Shown: in pieces, positions 37,770-48,177 of the stretch
Layout: every line of letters begins with the position of its first letter
Numbering within the stretch: position 1 is the stretch's first letter
From: an uncultured Alphaproteobacteria bacterium
GTDB lineage: Bacteria; Pseudomonadota; Alphaproteobacteria; RF32; CAG-239
DNA length: 64,000 nt
Assembly: GCA_944390355.1 (NCBI GenBank)
Contig: CALXPT010000001.1
Location: 175,507 to 239,506, forward strand
Reading direction: 5' to 3'
Position numbers and translations under genes: made by a program
Notes under the pieces: generated by a model
Database searches by the model: none
What the model saw: the letters and a program-made list of their open reading frames with translations, nothing else
Told to the model about the DNA's origin: nothing

Positions 37770-38736
37770 TTGTCAAAATTATGCTATACTTTGCTTTATA
37801 CGGAGGTTGAAATGTTTTCTCAACAAGATTTTAATAAAGAAGTTTTTGCCGCTATTGTCAGAAAAACCGGTGCCATTCCTTCAAATGAAGAATGCAAAGC
37901 CGTCGCTCATCATATGGAATATAATATCCGTGCTGACAGGCATTTGGCTAATAACGGACATTTGAAAATTTCTACTCAAGAACTCAGACAACGTATCATT
38001 CAACAAATAAATCAAAATTTGCACAAAAACGATTTGCCGAGATATACCGATCAATACAGAAAATACAAAAAAAATCAGCGTTTTGGTTTGTTCTCTCTAC
38101 AAGACAAACAAATTATTGCCGATATTGCTACCGGCAAAAAAAATGTGGCGGATTTTACGGACAAAGAACTTCTTAAAAATGCTTATTTAAAATATTTTAA
38201 CCAAATCCTTATGCCTAAAATTGAAAAAATTTCGTTGCAAAAAAAGAATAATCTCCAATATCACGGATTGTGGCACACCGAACAGGTCGCTATGCTCTCG
38301 ATTGATATTGCCATTAAAGAAAACCGAAACCCTTTGCCTATCTTATTAACATGATTGCGCCAGAACCACTGATGATAAAGACCCTAATCACGGTGTTAGC
38401 TGCATGCCGATTGCTGAAAATTTTTTGAATTCTTTTCCTGATAAAAACCTTGTTTCTTCTTATGATAAAAGGCAAATCGTTGAGGCTATTGTTTTTCACA
38501 ATGTTTCTTCTTCCAGACCTAAAAACAATCCTATTTTGGATTGTTTACAAGATGCCGACAGCATGCGTCTCTTGTGGTCAGGTCATCAACGCTTTACGCC
38601 TAACACAAATACCGGGCGATATTTGGCTCAATATTCATCTTATGAGCAGATTAAATATTTGGCATCTTTAATTGAAGGTATTCGGGCGGCCAGACCCAGC
38701 AATTACGGAAATAACGGAAACTATTTTGCCAGATAA
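37770..38736 (+). pseudogene. HD-domain protein gene split by a +1 frameshift near 38347-38354 (ORFs 37770-38354 and 38404-38736)
   Basis: Second frame is open from 38350 reading HDCART... directly after the first ORF's stop. Combined H...HD...H...D pattern spans both ORFs. Confidence 0.45.
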
Positions 38737-38892
38737 AACTGTTTGTTTAAACGCTAATATCTAAATTGCGTCTTTTCTTCGCTCAGATGATTTTGTTTTA
38801 CAAAAAATTTCAATCTTAAAAGAATCTTTACTTGATTAGCTTAGAATATACTCAATTGTTTATTTTGTTTCCTTATCCGAGGAGATTGATTG

Positions 38893-39446
38893 TGTTCAGA
38901 AAAATTTTGTTTTTTGCCTTGTTTTTACTTGTTGGTTGCTCTACATCGTCCAAAGATGATGCTTACTGGTGTTCTTCCTGTTCGCAGCAAATTGATGGAC
39001 TGAACTGCTCTAAAGAGCAGGTTTGGGTGCCCAGAGATATTGTCGGCAATGCCGTTTATGCCGAAGATACATGGTTTTGGTTTGCGGATTTGCAAAAATG
39101 CTATGATTTTGTTCATGATAAAAAGAACAAAAAGCTTATTAATGCCAAAGGGAATATGCCTGCTCAAAACTGCGGTTTGATTAACAAGCAAGGAAGGGTT
39201 TCGGGGGCGGAAACGTTTTATATCTATTCTGACGGAAAGGGAGACAATGAACATTACTACCTTATTGAAGATGACTTCAAGGTCGCACTTCCGGAATATA
39301 AAGGGAAAGCCAGCGCGCAACCGATTGAACGATACAAAATTCTATTGACCTCTGAAAGCGCACTCGAAATTATGAAAAAAGACGCTGCGCAAAAAGGTTA
39401 TTATCCGACCAAAGTTAAACAAATCACCATTAAGCGGCAATATTAA
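38893..39446 (+). CDS. Hypothetical lipoprotein
   Basis: Likely GTG start 38893 after GAGGAG. Lipobox LLVGCS. ORF track lists 38832-39446. Confidence 0.45.
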
Positions 39447-39457
39447 CAGATAAAAAA

Positions 39458-39500
39458 TACAGCCCTTTTGCTTGTTTGGGCAAAGGGGCTGAGTTTTGCG
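39458..39500 (+). terminator. Intrinsic terminator (repeat family member)
   Basis: CAGCCCTTTTGC...GCAAAGGGGCTG then T-rich. Near-identical element at 42040-42090. Confidence 0.5.
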
Positions 39501-39512
39501 GAAGTTCTTAAT

Positions 39513-40028
39513 TTACGGGCGGCCTCTTCTATTGCCGTAGAGGTGATTTATGATTTCGGGGTTTACAATCATATTAGCCTTTGATTGTGAAACCGCGGCA
39601 TTGGCAAAATCTTCCAGATACGCTTTAAGTTTATCTTTTAAGCCAAATTTGCGCCCTTCTTTTTGCGCTTTTTCGTAAGCTTTTCTATATTGCGGAAAGT
39701 ATTTCATTTTTAAGTCATGTTTGTACTTCTTATCTTTTATTTGTGCCGTTGCAAATCCATAAGACAGAGCATTGCGAAAACGGAGCAATTTTGCTCTCAT
39801 GGTCAGGCTTTGACCTTTTTCCTGACGCCAATGTTGCAATCCGAATTTGAACGCATTTAACAATTTTGTATCATTTTTCAAATATAAATATCCGGCGCCG
39901 AGACCAATAAGCGGATTGCCGGTGGCAACCATTGTCCCCAGTGCAACCGTCATCCCTATTGTACCTCGGGAAACACCGCGGGCGGCTTGCGTTAAGTCTT
40001 GTTTTAATTTATTTTTGGTATCGACCAT
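39513..40028 (-). CDS. Hypothetical protein
   Basis: 171-aa ORF. Confidence 0.45.
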   Translation of the reverse strand: MVDTKNKLKQDLTQAARGVSRGTIGMTVALGTMVATGNPLIGLGAGYLYLKNDTKLLNAFKFGLQHWRQEKGQSLTMRAKLLRFRNALSYGFATAQIKDKKYKHDLKMKYFPQYRKAYEKAQKEGRKFGLKDKLKAYLEDFANAAVSQSKANMIVNPEIINHLYGNRRGRP

Positions 40029-40099
40029 GGGGTTACCCTTTTCGTATCTTGTTATTTGAAAGTATCATAGCCTATTTTACTCTATTTGTCAAATAAAGG

Positions 40100-40441
40100 T
40101 TAGTCCCATTTTTTAAACACGAAAAAGACCGCCAGCATTATCAAAACAAAGCCGACTATTTCATTCCACTTTAAATCTTCCTTCAAATACAGAACCGAAA
40201 AAATGCAAAAAATGATGATGGTAATGGCCTCTTGCATGATTTTGAGTTGTGCCGCGCTGAAGAATTCGTGTCCGATACTGTTGGCAGGAACCTGAAATAT
40301 GTATTCAAAAAAGGCTATGCCCCAGCTCACCAATATGACTACCCAAAGCGCGGTTGACTTAAATTTTAGATGGCCGTACCATGCAAAAGTCATAAATATG
40401 TTTGATATGGTTAAGAGGATTAGCGGATAATATTGTCTCAT
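40100..40441 (-). CDS. Small DMT-like (DUF486-like) membrane protein
   Basis: 113 aa, four predicted TM segments. Confidence 0.45.
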   Translation of the reverse strand: MRQYYPLILLTISNIFMTFAWYGHLKFKSTALWVVILVSWGIAFFEYIFQVPANSIGHEFFSAAQLKIMQEAITIIIFCIFSVLYLKEDLKWNEIVGFVLIMLAVFFVFKKWD

Positions 40442-40662
40442 GTTTTATTCTCGTTGTTGTTTTATCTTTAACCTGACTGTAATACATTTTTTGGTAATTT
40501 AAAATGTTTTTTGACTTTTTTGAATGGTGATTTATTGTTAACTTTCACTCATATGCATGTTGTTTTGTCATAGTTAGCGTTCTTTAGACAAAAAAATGCT
40601 TGCATAGGGCGGGGATTTATGATATATTTGTTTTCAATGAAATATAATTAAATCTATATATT

Positions 40663-41043
40663 ATGACAAAGAAATTTAAAATTTCCGCCGCGGAGATGTT
40701 ATGTCTCATTTCTGGTTTTTTGGTTGAGGGTGTGAGTTATGGTGCAACCACGCTGAAAGTTTCAAAATATTTGCGTTATGCCGAGTTTTTTAATTATGAC
40801 TTAAATAAGTCAGCGGCGCAAAACATTGCTGACTTGGCCGTGATTTGTGGCTTTGGCGAAAACCTCAAAAATGCGGCTGAAGCCTACCAAAAAGCAGTCA
40901 TCAAGCTGCCATGGCACGCCAGTACCGCCTCTATAGCAAGAAAAATTATTAAAAAATTTAATCTTCCGGACATCGTGATTGACTGCGCAGTACCTCAGGA
41001 AGATTACGCTCCACAGCGGCGACATCTTGTCTGCTGTACGTAA
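40663..41043 (+). CDS. Hypothetical protein
   Basis: 126-aa ORF. Terminator hairpin at about 41050-41095. Confidence 0.4.
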   Translation: MTKKFKISAAEMLCLISGFLVEGVSYGATTLKVSKYLRYAEFFNYDLNKSAAQNIADLAVICGFGENLKNAAEAYQKAVIKLPWHASTASIARKIIKKFNLPDIVIDCAVPQEDYAPQRRHLVCCT

Positions 41044-41177
41044 CAAAAAAAACACAAGCTTTTGCCTTAACGGGCAGAGGCTTGTTTTTTTTACAAAAAA
41101 GCTTGACATTTTGTCTAAACATGATAATATGGCGGCGATGTTAAAATTATTGTGTAACCTAAAAAAATAATAAAATT

Positions 41178-42035
41178 ATGGAAAAAAGAATTATTATTGA
41201 TGAACATCAGAATGTGTTTGCGCTTAACGGTACAAATCTTGAACCTCTGGGCGAGGCCAGTGAAATGAAGAATGTATGGCAGCAAAAGGTTTTTACAATT
41301 GGAAAAAATCTGTATTTCAAAAAGGGGAATGAAATTTTTCTCTTGGCTGAAAATATTGAATCCACTTATGAAATTAAAATAGATGATTTTGCTTGGAAAC
41401 AATTTGAGCTGGTGGGCGATGTTCTGGTCATGGTGGATACGGATATGGACGGCATCAAAAAGTTGAATAAAGCCTATGCACCCTATCTGAATTGGACAAT
41501 CCCCTGTAAAGAAAAGCCGATTTTGTTCTTGAAGCAAGAAAACGAAAAGAGCCTTTGGGTTGTGATAGAAGATGAAAACGGCAATATTCGGCTGTCTGAA
41601 CAAAAAGTTTTTTATCTTGATAAAGGTTCTTCGTTCTTATATTGGAACTATCGAATTTATAGTTATTCCGGCGGAGAATTTAATTTAGCTCCTTTTTATA
41701 TGCATCTCATTTTTATCAACGATCCTGATGACGATGATGATATTCGTACGGCAATTGCAATTGACAAAGACGGAAATATGACACCGTTAGGAGAAGATGC
41801 TGAAATTGTTGAAACTCCGAACGCTATCCTGCTTAAGTCTTCAAAAGGTGTTTATCATTTGAAGAAAGACGCGTTTAGGTGTGTCACGAGTTCTTGCTAT
41901 TCGGACAACTTCTTTGATGTTGAAGGCGACGGAACAATTGTTCATGAATATACGATTGAGCAATCTGATGCTCCGGATGTTTCCTATCAAGATGTTTATC
42001 GCTTGATTGACGGCGAATATCGCCTTGTTCGATAA
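41178..42035 (+). CDS. Hypothetical protein
   Basis: 285-aa ORF. Terminator 42040-42090. Confidence 0.5.
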   Translation: MEKRIIIDEHQNVFALNGTNLEPLGEASEMKNVWQQKVFTIGKNLYFKKGNEIFLLAENIESTYEIKIDDFAWKQFELVGDVLVMVDTDMDGIKKLNKAYAPYLNWTIPCKEKPILFLKQENEKSLWVVIEDENGNIRLSEQKVFYLDKGSSFLYWNYRIYSYSGGEFNLAPFYMHLIFINDPDDDDDIRTAIAIDKDGNMTPLGEDAEIVETPNAILLKSSKGVYHLKKDAFRCVTSSCYSDNFFDVEGDGTIVHEYTIEQSDAPDVSYQDVYRLIDGEYRLVR

Positions 42036-42159
42036 AGCATAAAAAACACAGTCCTTTTGCTGTTTGCAAAGGGGCTGTTTTTTTTGCAAAAAATATATTG
42101 ACTTAGCGATTTTATTTTTGTAAATTTTGTACAGTTATTAATTATTTAATTTATTTATT

Positions 42160-42678
42160 ATGGATACTAAAGAATTTTGCCCTCGGCAATATTTGGATTG
42201 GTTGCAAGAGGCGAAAAATCAGCGGAATTTGTCCGATGCCGAAGCCATAAAATTTGTGGATGGTTTTATTGATGTTTGCTGGTTGTTGGAAAATCTTCAA
42301 GATGAATGTTTTTCTCGTTTGGTCGACATTGTCTTACACACCTCTCCTGCTCATTATGCAAAGCTTGTGGTCTATTTGGAGCAGAAAAGCATAAACTTTC
42401 CCAAATTTTTGCTCTTAGCCAAGCGATTGCTTGAAGATGTTGCCCCCGAAGTTAAACAAACAATGAAAATCCCCGTTATCGGTTGGTCAAAAACAGATGA
42501 CTACACCTTTATTTCAGAAGCGGAATTTCTTTGGCGGAAAAAACACGATTTGCCCTGCTCTCAGCAAGAAAACGGTGCTTTTACTCGGCCGATGATGCCT
42601 TCCGACTTGGAATATTTTTATGTTTCAATGGAATTATCTTTTAAAACCGGTGGTGAGGCATTTTTTTACATTCACTAG
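42160..42678 (+). CDS. Hypothetical protein
   Basis: 172-aa ORF. Terminator 42680-42715. Confidence 0.45.
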   Translation: MDTKEFCPRQYLDWLQEAKNQRNLSDAEAIKFVDGFIDVCWLLENLQDECFSRLVDIVLHTSPAHYAKLVVYLEQKSINFPKFLLLAKRLLEDVAPEVKQTMKIPVIGWSKTDDYTFISEAEFLWRKKHDLPCSQQENGAFTRPMMPSDLEYFYVSMELSFKTGGEAFFYIH

Positions 42679-42794
42679 AACCAAGCTCCCCTTTGGGAGC
42701 TTTTGGCTTTTTAAAATGATGTTTTTTTGGTTTCTTTTTATTTTATTTACGCTATACTTGTTTATCTTTTCTTCATTAATGAAAGGTATAATCC

Positions 42795-42950
42795 ATGCCA
42801 GATACACAAAACACGCAGAAAAAGCGCAAACAAATCAGAATCGAAAAAGAGGCCGAGGCTTTGCAACGCAATCTTGCCAAACGCAAAAAACAACAGGCCG
42901 AACGCGAAAAACTTAAAGCGCAAAAAACTGCAAATAACACAAAACAATAA
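42795..42950 (+). CDS. Small Lys/Arg-rich hypothetical protein (51 aa)
   Basis: ATG after AAAGG RBS. MPDTQNTQKKRKQIRIEKEAEALQRNLAKRKKQQAEREKLKAQKTANNTKQ. Not in ORF track. Low-complexity, so uncertain. Confidence 0.3.
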   Translation: MPDTQNTQKKRKQIRIEKEAEALQRNLAKRKKQQAEREKLKAQKTANNTKQ

Positions 42951-42958
42951 GGAATTCT

Positions 42959-44257
42959 TTGACTATGGATAAAATCAAAATCAGAGGCGGCAAAAAGTTA
43001 GAAGGCAAAATTTATATCAGCGGGGCAAAAAACGCCGCCCTCCCTCTTATCTGCGCCTCTCTCCTTACCGATGAAACCGTTACGCTGACCAATATGCCCA
43101 TGCTCTCAGACATTACGGCGATGAACGCCCTTCTTAAGGAGCTCGGCACCGATATTGATGAGTTTGATGATTTTGTGGACGGGCATAATACCAAAACTTA
43201 TTCTTATCGCACTAAAGAGTTCAAAAGTCTTATTGCGCCTTATGATTTTGTGCGAAAAATGCGCGCCTCTTATTATGTTTTGGGGCCATTGCTGGCGCGC
43301 GAGGGGCATATTGAACTCTCTCTTCCGGGGGGATGCGCCATCGGTGCGCGGCCGATGGATATTCATCTGTCTGCATTGGAACAAATGGGCGTGAAAATCG
43401 AAATTAAGCAAGGTTATGTTTATGGCGACGTGCAAGGCAAACTTAAAGGCGCGCACATTATTTTGCGAATTGCTTCCGTCGGGGCTACCTGCAATATCCT
43501 TATGGCCGCAGTGCTTGCAGAGGGCAAAACCATTATCGAAAATGCCGCCAAAGAACCCGAAATCGGCGATCTTATCGATTTGCTCAACGCTATGGGCGCA
43601 AAAATCGAAGGAAAAGATTCTTCCGTGTTAACCATTTATGGCGTGGAAAAGCTCCATGGAGCTCAGCACAAAGTTATTCCCGACCGCATTGAAGCAGGCT
43701 CTTATGCCGTGGCGGCCGCCATTACCCGCGGGAGAATCGAACTCTTAAATGCGCAAGCCGAAACCCTGCAATCCCCGATTAAGGTTTTGCGCGATATGGG
43801 CGTTACGGTTGAAGAAAAAGAACATTCTCTCATCGTAGATGCGCAGGAGGCTACGCTTTGGGGGCAAGATATCATGACAGATTATTACCCAGGGTTTCCT
43901 ACAGATTTGCAAGCGCAGTTTATGGCTCTCATGCTTACGGCCAAAGGTGCCAGCATGATTACCGAAAATATTTGGGAAAATCGGTTTATGCATGTGCCCG
44001 AACTTATGCGCATGGGCGCAAACATCAATGTTCACGGGCACGCGTCCGCAATTGTCCGCGGTGTTAAACAGCTTTCGGGAGCTCCGGTTATGGCTACCGA
44101 TTTGCGCGCGTCTTTCGCTCTTATATTGGCCGGACTGGTGGCTGAAGGCGAAACAATCGTAAATCGTGTTTATCACCTTGACCGCGGTTATGAACATTTG
44201 GAAGAAAAGCTTAAAGGCGTCGGGGCTGACATTGAGCGTATTAAAGAACCTGACTAA
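42959..44257 (+). CDS. murA: UDP-N-acetylglucosamine 1-carboxyvinyltransferase
   Basis: 432 aa. Typical MurA N-terminus (KIRGGKKLEGKIYISGAKNAALP) and active-site Cys region. Confidence 0.9.
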   Translation: MTMDKIKIRGGKKLEGKIYISGAKNAALPLICASLLTDETVTLTNMPMLSDITAMNALLKELGTDIDEFDDFVDGHNTKTYSYRTKEFKSLIAPYDFVRKMRASYYVLGPLLAREGHIELSLPGGCAIGARPMDIHLSALEQMGVKIEIKQGYVYGDVQGKLKGAHIILRIASVGATCNILMAAVLAEGKTIIENAAKEPEIGDLIDLLNAMGAKIEGKDSSVLTIYGVEKLHGAQHKVIPDRIEAGSYAVAAAITRGRIELLNAQAETLQSPIKVLRDMGVTVEEKEHSLIVDAQEATLWGQDIMTDYYPGFPTDLQAQFMALMLTAKGASMITENIWENRFMHVPELMRMGANINVHGHASAIVRGVKQLSGAPVMATDLRASFALILAGLVAEGETIVNRVYHLDRGYEHLEEKLKGVGADIERIKEPD

Positions 44258-44272
44258 ATCTTTTTTCGGTGA

Positions 44273-44710
44273 ATGGTTATGAGTGATACGTCTGCGGATG
44301 ATACTGAACAACAATTATTGGCCGCTTTGGTCATGCAAGATAATTCCTTGGATTTAAACAAGGAATATGTTGCTTATGCCGGAAAAGACAAGCCCGATGA
44401 CGAACCAACCGCCACAAAAGATGATGTAATTACCGCCCTTAAAACCGTGTGCGACCCCGAGATTATGATTAATATCTATGACATGGGATTAATCTATAAC
44501 ATCAATATTCATGACAACGGCGATGTGTTTATCGACATGACGCTTACCGCTCCGGGGTGTCCCGCAGCCGGTGTCTTGCCGCAACAAGCCGCCGATGCCG
44601 TTTCCGCCCTTAAAGGTGTGGGGAATGTCGAGGTCAAAATCGTATGGGAACCTGCTTGGTCTTTGGATAAGCTCTCCGATGAGGCGCGCGCCATGATTGA
44701 TTTCTTTTAA
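44273..44710 (+). CDS. DUF59/MIP18-family Fe-S assembly protein (SufT-like)
   Basis: 145 aa. Conserved IYDMGLIY...TLTAPGCP motif. Confidence 0.65.
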   Translation: MVMSDTSADDTEQQLLAALVMQDNSLDLNKEYVAYAGKDKPDDEPTATKDDVITALKTVCDPEIMINIYDMGLIYNINIHDNGDVFIDMTLTAPGCPAAGVLPQQAADAVSALKGVGNVEVKIVWEPAWSLDKLSDEARAMIDFF

Positions 44711-44732
44711 TCTTTAATGCTAAGAGGAACAG

Positions 44733-45611
44733 ATGCCGCAGATTTTGTATATGAAACGCGAATTTTTAGAGAATGCGATTTGCGCGACTTATTTGTTGAG
44801 TGATGAACTCCTTCCTTCCGACATGAACGACGTTGATATTCAAATCAGTCCGAGAGACTTGGAGGCACTCGGCGGGGGCGATGAAATCACCCTTAATAAT
44901 CCTCCCCTCATCGGGGTGCTTTTGGCACGCGAAAAGCAGAATTATTCCATTGATGAACCTTATCTTCAAGCCTTGGTTATGAACGGGGCTCGGTTTCGCC
45001 TTATTCATTATGACAATATCGAAAAACAATGCTGCAATCTTGACGGGATTTTGTTAATCGGGGGTTTTTTTCCTACTCCTCCTGCTTGGTATATTAATCC
45101 CAAGTCCGATGATGCCCCCCCTAGCAAGCGCACCAATGCTTATCTCAAACTCTTGGAAATTGCCGACAAACAAAAAATTCCTGTTTTGGGGATATGCGGC
45201 GGTATGCAGATGATGGCCGGCTTTTACGGGGCTAAAATCAGCCGTTCTACCCCATCAAAAGGGGTTGAACACCGCCTTATTCGCGCCGATAAATATGCTC
45301 ACGACATTAAGATTGCCCCAAACAGCATTTTAGCTCAAATCGCTTTGGAAAATTTGCAAGCAAAGGTTAACTCCGTTCACTCCGAAATGGTTGCCGAAGT
45401 TCCTCAAAATACTCTAAAAATTTCTGCTTGGGCGAATGACGGCGTTATCGAGGCGATTGAAATCTGCAATCCCAAGCATTTCGCGCTCGGCGTTCAATGG
45501 CATCCCGAACGGCTGGCCTTAAACGGTGATGATTTTGCAAAAGCTATTTATGCGCGCTTTTGCGATGAGGCGCGAAATTTTCAATGTTGTAAAAAAAATT
45601 CTTCAAATTGA
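44733..45611 (+). CDS. Class I glutamine amidotransferase-like / peptidase C26 (gamma-glutamyl hydrolase-like)
   Basis: 292 aa. GICGGMQMM nucleophile motif and WHPE. Confidence 0.65.
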   Translation: MPQILYMKREFLENAICATYLLSDELLPSDMNDVDIQISPRDLEALGGGDEITLNNPPLIGVLLAREKQNYSIDEPYLQALVMNGARFRLIHYDNIEKQCCNLDGILLIGGFFPTPPAWYINPKSDDAPPSKRTNAYLKLLEIADKQKIPVLGICGGMQMMAGFYGAKISRSTPSKGVEHRLIRADKYAHDIKIAPNSILAQIALENLQAKVNSVHSEMVAEVPQNTLKISAWANDGVIEAIEICNPKHFALGVQWHPERLALNGDDFAKAIYARFCDEARNFQCCKKNSSN

Positions 45612-45670
45612 CTTTGCTATCGGTTAGGATATACTTAACTTTGTTTTTGTAATATTAAAGAAGATAAAAT

Positions 45671-46084
45671 ATGGATATTCAAGAGCTGCAAGATAATTTT
45701 GAATTGCTTGATGACTGGGAAGACAAGTACCGCTATCTTATTGAACTCGGCGAGAAAAATCTTAACCTGCCGGCAGAATTGCACTTGGATGTTTGGAAAG
45801 TTATCGGTTGTCAATCCCAAGTGTGGCTGGTGCCTGAGGTTAAAATGCAAAACGGGCAAAAAGTTCTTTATTTTATGGGCGACAGCGATGCGGCTATCGT
45901 GCGCGGGTTGATTGCCATTGTCATCTCGGTTTTTTCCGGCAAAACCGCGGCCGATATTTTGGACTTGGATGTCGATGCCGTGTTTGCTGAAATCGGCTTA
46001 CAAGAACATCTTAGCCCCAGTCGCCGCAACGGGCTGGAGGCCATGTTGGAGAAAATCAGATATTATGCAAAAAATTTGGGGTAG
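45671..46084 (+). CDS. sufE: Cysteine desulfuration protein SufE
   Basis: 137 aa. Conserved GCQSQVWL active-site Cys region. Confidence 0.8.
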   Translation: MDIQELQDNFELLDDWEDKYRYLIELGEKNLNLPAELHLDVWKVIGCQSQVWLVPEVKMQNGQKVLYFMGDSDAAIVRGLIAIVISVFSGKTAADILDLDVDAVFAEIGLQEHLSPSRRNGLEAMLEKIRYYAKNLG

Positions 46085-46090
46085 GCGTTA

Positions 46091-47296
46091 ATGAATATTC
46101 ACGAATATCAAGCAAAAAAAATTTTGGCCGATTACGGAATCTTAATCCCCGAAGGAAAAATTGCTTATACCCCTCATGAGGCTAAAGAGGCCGCATCTAA
46201 AGTTTCCAGACACGGGCCTTGGATGCTCAAAGCGCAAATTCAATCCGGCGCAAGAGAAAGCGGACATTTTTTGGGAAAACGCGGCAAAGGCGGCGTGCGC
46301 TTTATTCAACGAAAACGAGATATTCTCCCCGAGGCGGAAGAAATGCTCGGGGAAATTTTGGTTACCAATCAGACCGGTGCTAAAGGCCGCTTGGTCAGCC
46401 GTGTTTATGTGGAAGCTTTTAAAAACGTTTATTTTAAGTTTTATGCCGGTATGGTTATTCATAGAATCAGCGCAAAGCCGACATTTTTACTCGCGTCGTT
46501 TGTTTCCGGCTCTAAAAGTATTTTGCAACGTGCCGAAGAAAATCCAGATACCGTGCTGAAACTCCCCATTGACATTGACAAAGGAATCAGTCGTTCCCAA
46601 GTCAGAAGTGCCTGTATTTTTTTGGGCTTGGATGAAAAAAGCGAGCCTCATCTTAAAAAGTTTATTAATCGTCTCTACAAGGTTTTTATTGAAAAAGACG
46701 CTACCATGATTGAAATTAATCCGGCCGGCGTTAACCGCAGAGGTCAGATTTTTGCCTTGGATGCCAATATGTCTTTTGATGATAATGCCGCTTATAGGCA
46801 TCCCGAAATTCGTAAAATTCAAGATGACTATGAAGAAGAAGACCGTGCCTTGAAGGCTAAAAAATTCGGCTTTAAGTACAATGATTTTGACAGAGGAAAT
46901 GTCGGATGCATTGTGAACGGCGACGGAATCGCTCTTGCCGCTATGGATTTAATCAAGAAAAACGGCTTTGATACCAGTTGCGTTCTCAATGTTAAAGGCG
47001 GTGTCGACAAAGACAAAATTGCCGCCGGTATTAAAATTATTATGACAAACCCCAGAGTTGAGGGAATCCTTATTAATATTCTCGGCGGCTTTTTAAGATG
47101 CAATCTTATTGCTGAAGGAATTGTCGATGCCGCGTCCGAAGTCGGGGCTAATGTCCCCTTAGTCGTACGCTTTGAGGGAACAAACAAGGATGATGCTACC
47201 GATATTATTGAAAATTCTAAACTCCCGATTATTATTGCTCACACAATGGAAGAATCCGTTGATAGACTCACTTTAGCCATGCAGGAGGCCGAATAA
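46091..47296 (+). CDS. sucC: Succinyl-CoA synthetase beta subunit
   Basis: 401 aa. MNIHEYQAKKIL N-terminus, ATP-grasp plus CoA-ligase domains. Confidence 0.9.
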   Translation: MNIHEYQAKKILADYGILIPEGKIAYTPHEAKEAASKVSRHGPWMLKAQIQSGARESGHFLGKRGKGGVRFIQRKRDILPEAEEMLGEILVTNQTGAKGRLVSRVYVEAFKNVYFKFYAGMVIHRISAKPTFLLASFVSGSKSILQRAEENPDTVLKLPIDIDKGISRSQVRSACIFLGLDEKSEPHLKKFINRLYKVFIEKDATMIEINPAGVNRRGQIFALDANMSFDDNAAYRHPEIRKIQDDYEEEDRALKAKKFGFKYNDFDRGNVGCIVNGDGIALAAMDLIKKNGFDTSCVLNVKGGVDKDKIAAGIKIIMTNPRVEGILINILGGFLRCNLIAEGIVDAASEVGANVPLVVRFEGTNKDDATDIIENSKLPIIIAHTMEESVDRLTLAMQEAE

Positions 47297-48177
47297 TGTC
47301 TATTTTTGCCGATAAAAATACAAAGGTTCTTATTCAAGGCATTACCGGTACGCAGGCTTCTTTTCATGTGCGACGCTCTATTGATTACGGCACAAACGTC
47401 GTGGCCGGTGTTACCCCCGGAAAAGGCAGTAGTATCCATTTGGGCATCCCTGTTTTTAACACCGTTCGTGAGGCTGTTTTGGCTACGGGGGCTAATGCTT
47501 CCGTCGTGTTTGTTCCGGCTAAAGCTTTTAAAGGTGCCGTGATTGAGGCAATTGAGGCCGATTTGGATTTATGTGTTTGCATTACCGACGGGGTGCCGAT
47601 TTTGGATATGATGGAAATTCGCCACCTTGCCGAAAAGCATAAGACGAAAATTATCGGTCCGAATACCCCCGGGTTGATTACCCCCAATGAGGCCAGACTG
47701 GGAATTTTTCCTGAAAATATTCACCAGAAAGGAAGAATCGGGATTGTTTCGCGCTCCTCTACACTCACCTATGAAGCCGTTTTGGAAACTAACCGTGCTC
47801 AACTCGGGCAAAGTACCGTTATCGGTTTGGGTGATGACGTTATTATCGGTATTGATTTTATTCCGGCTATTGAAGCTTTTATCAAGGATGATGATACAGA
47901 TGCCATTGTCCTTATCGGGCAAATGGGCGGCGGGTTTGAAGAAGAAGCGGCTTATTATTACGAAACTTTAGACGCTAAAAAGCCGATTATTGCTTTCGTG
48001 GCAGGCAGCACAACGCCTTCCGCGCAAAAAATAGGTTATGCCGGTGATATTGTTGCCGGTGGGAAAAGAAGTATTCAATATAAAAAAGAAATTTTGAAAA
48101 ATTCCGGTATGATTGTTGTGGATGAAATTAACCAAATTCATGACGAACTCTTAAAACTATATCCTCCTCATGTTTAA
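47296..48177 (+). CDS. sucD: Succinyl-CoA synthetase alpha subunit
   Basis: 293 aa. Overlaps sucC stop. Conserved His-loop region. Confidence 0.9.
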   Translation: MSIFADKNTKVLIQGITGTQASFHVRRSIDYGTNVVAGVTPGKGSSIHLGIPVFNTVREAVLATGANASVVFVPAKAFKGAVIEAIEADLDLCVCITDGVPILDMMEIRHLAEKHKTKIIGPNTPGLITPNEARLGIFPENIHQKGRIGIVSRSSTLTYEAVLETNRAQLGQSTVIGLGDDVIIGIDFIPAIEAFIKDDDTDAIVLIGQMGGGFEEEAAYYYETLDAKKPIIAFVAGSTTPSAQKIGYAGDIVAGGKRSIQYKKEILKNSGMIVVDEINQIHDELLKLYPPHV

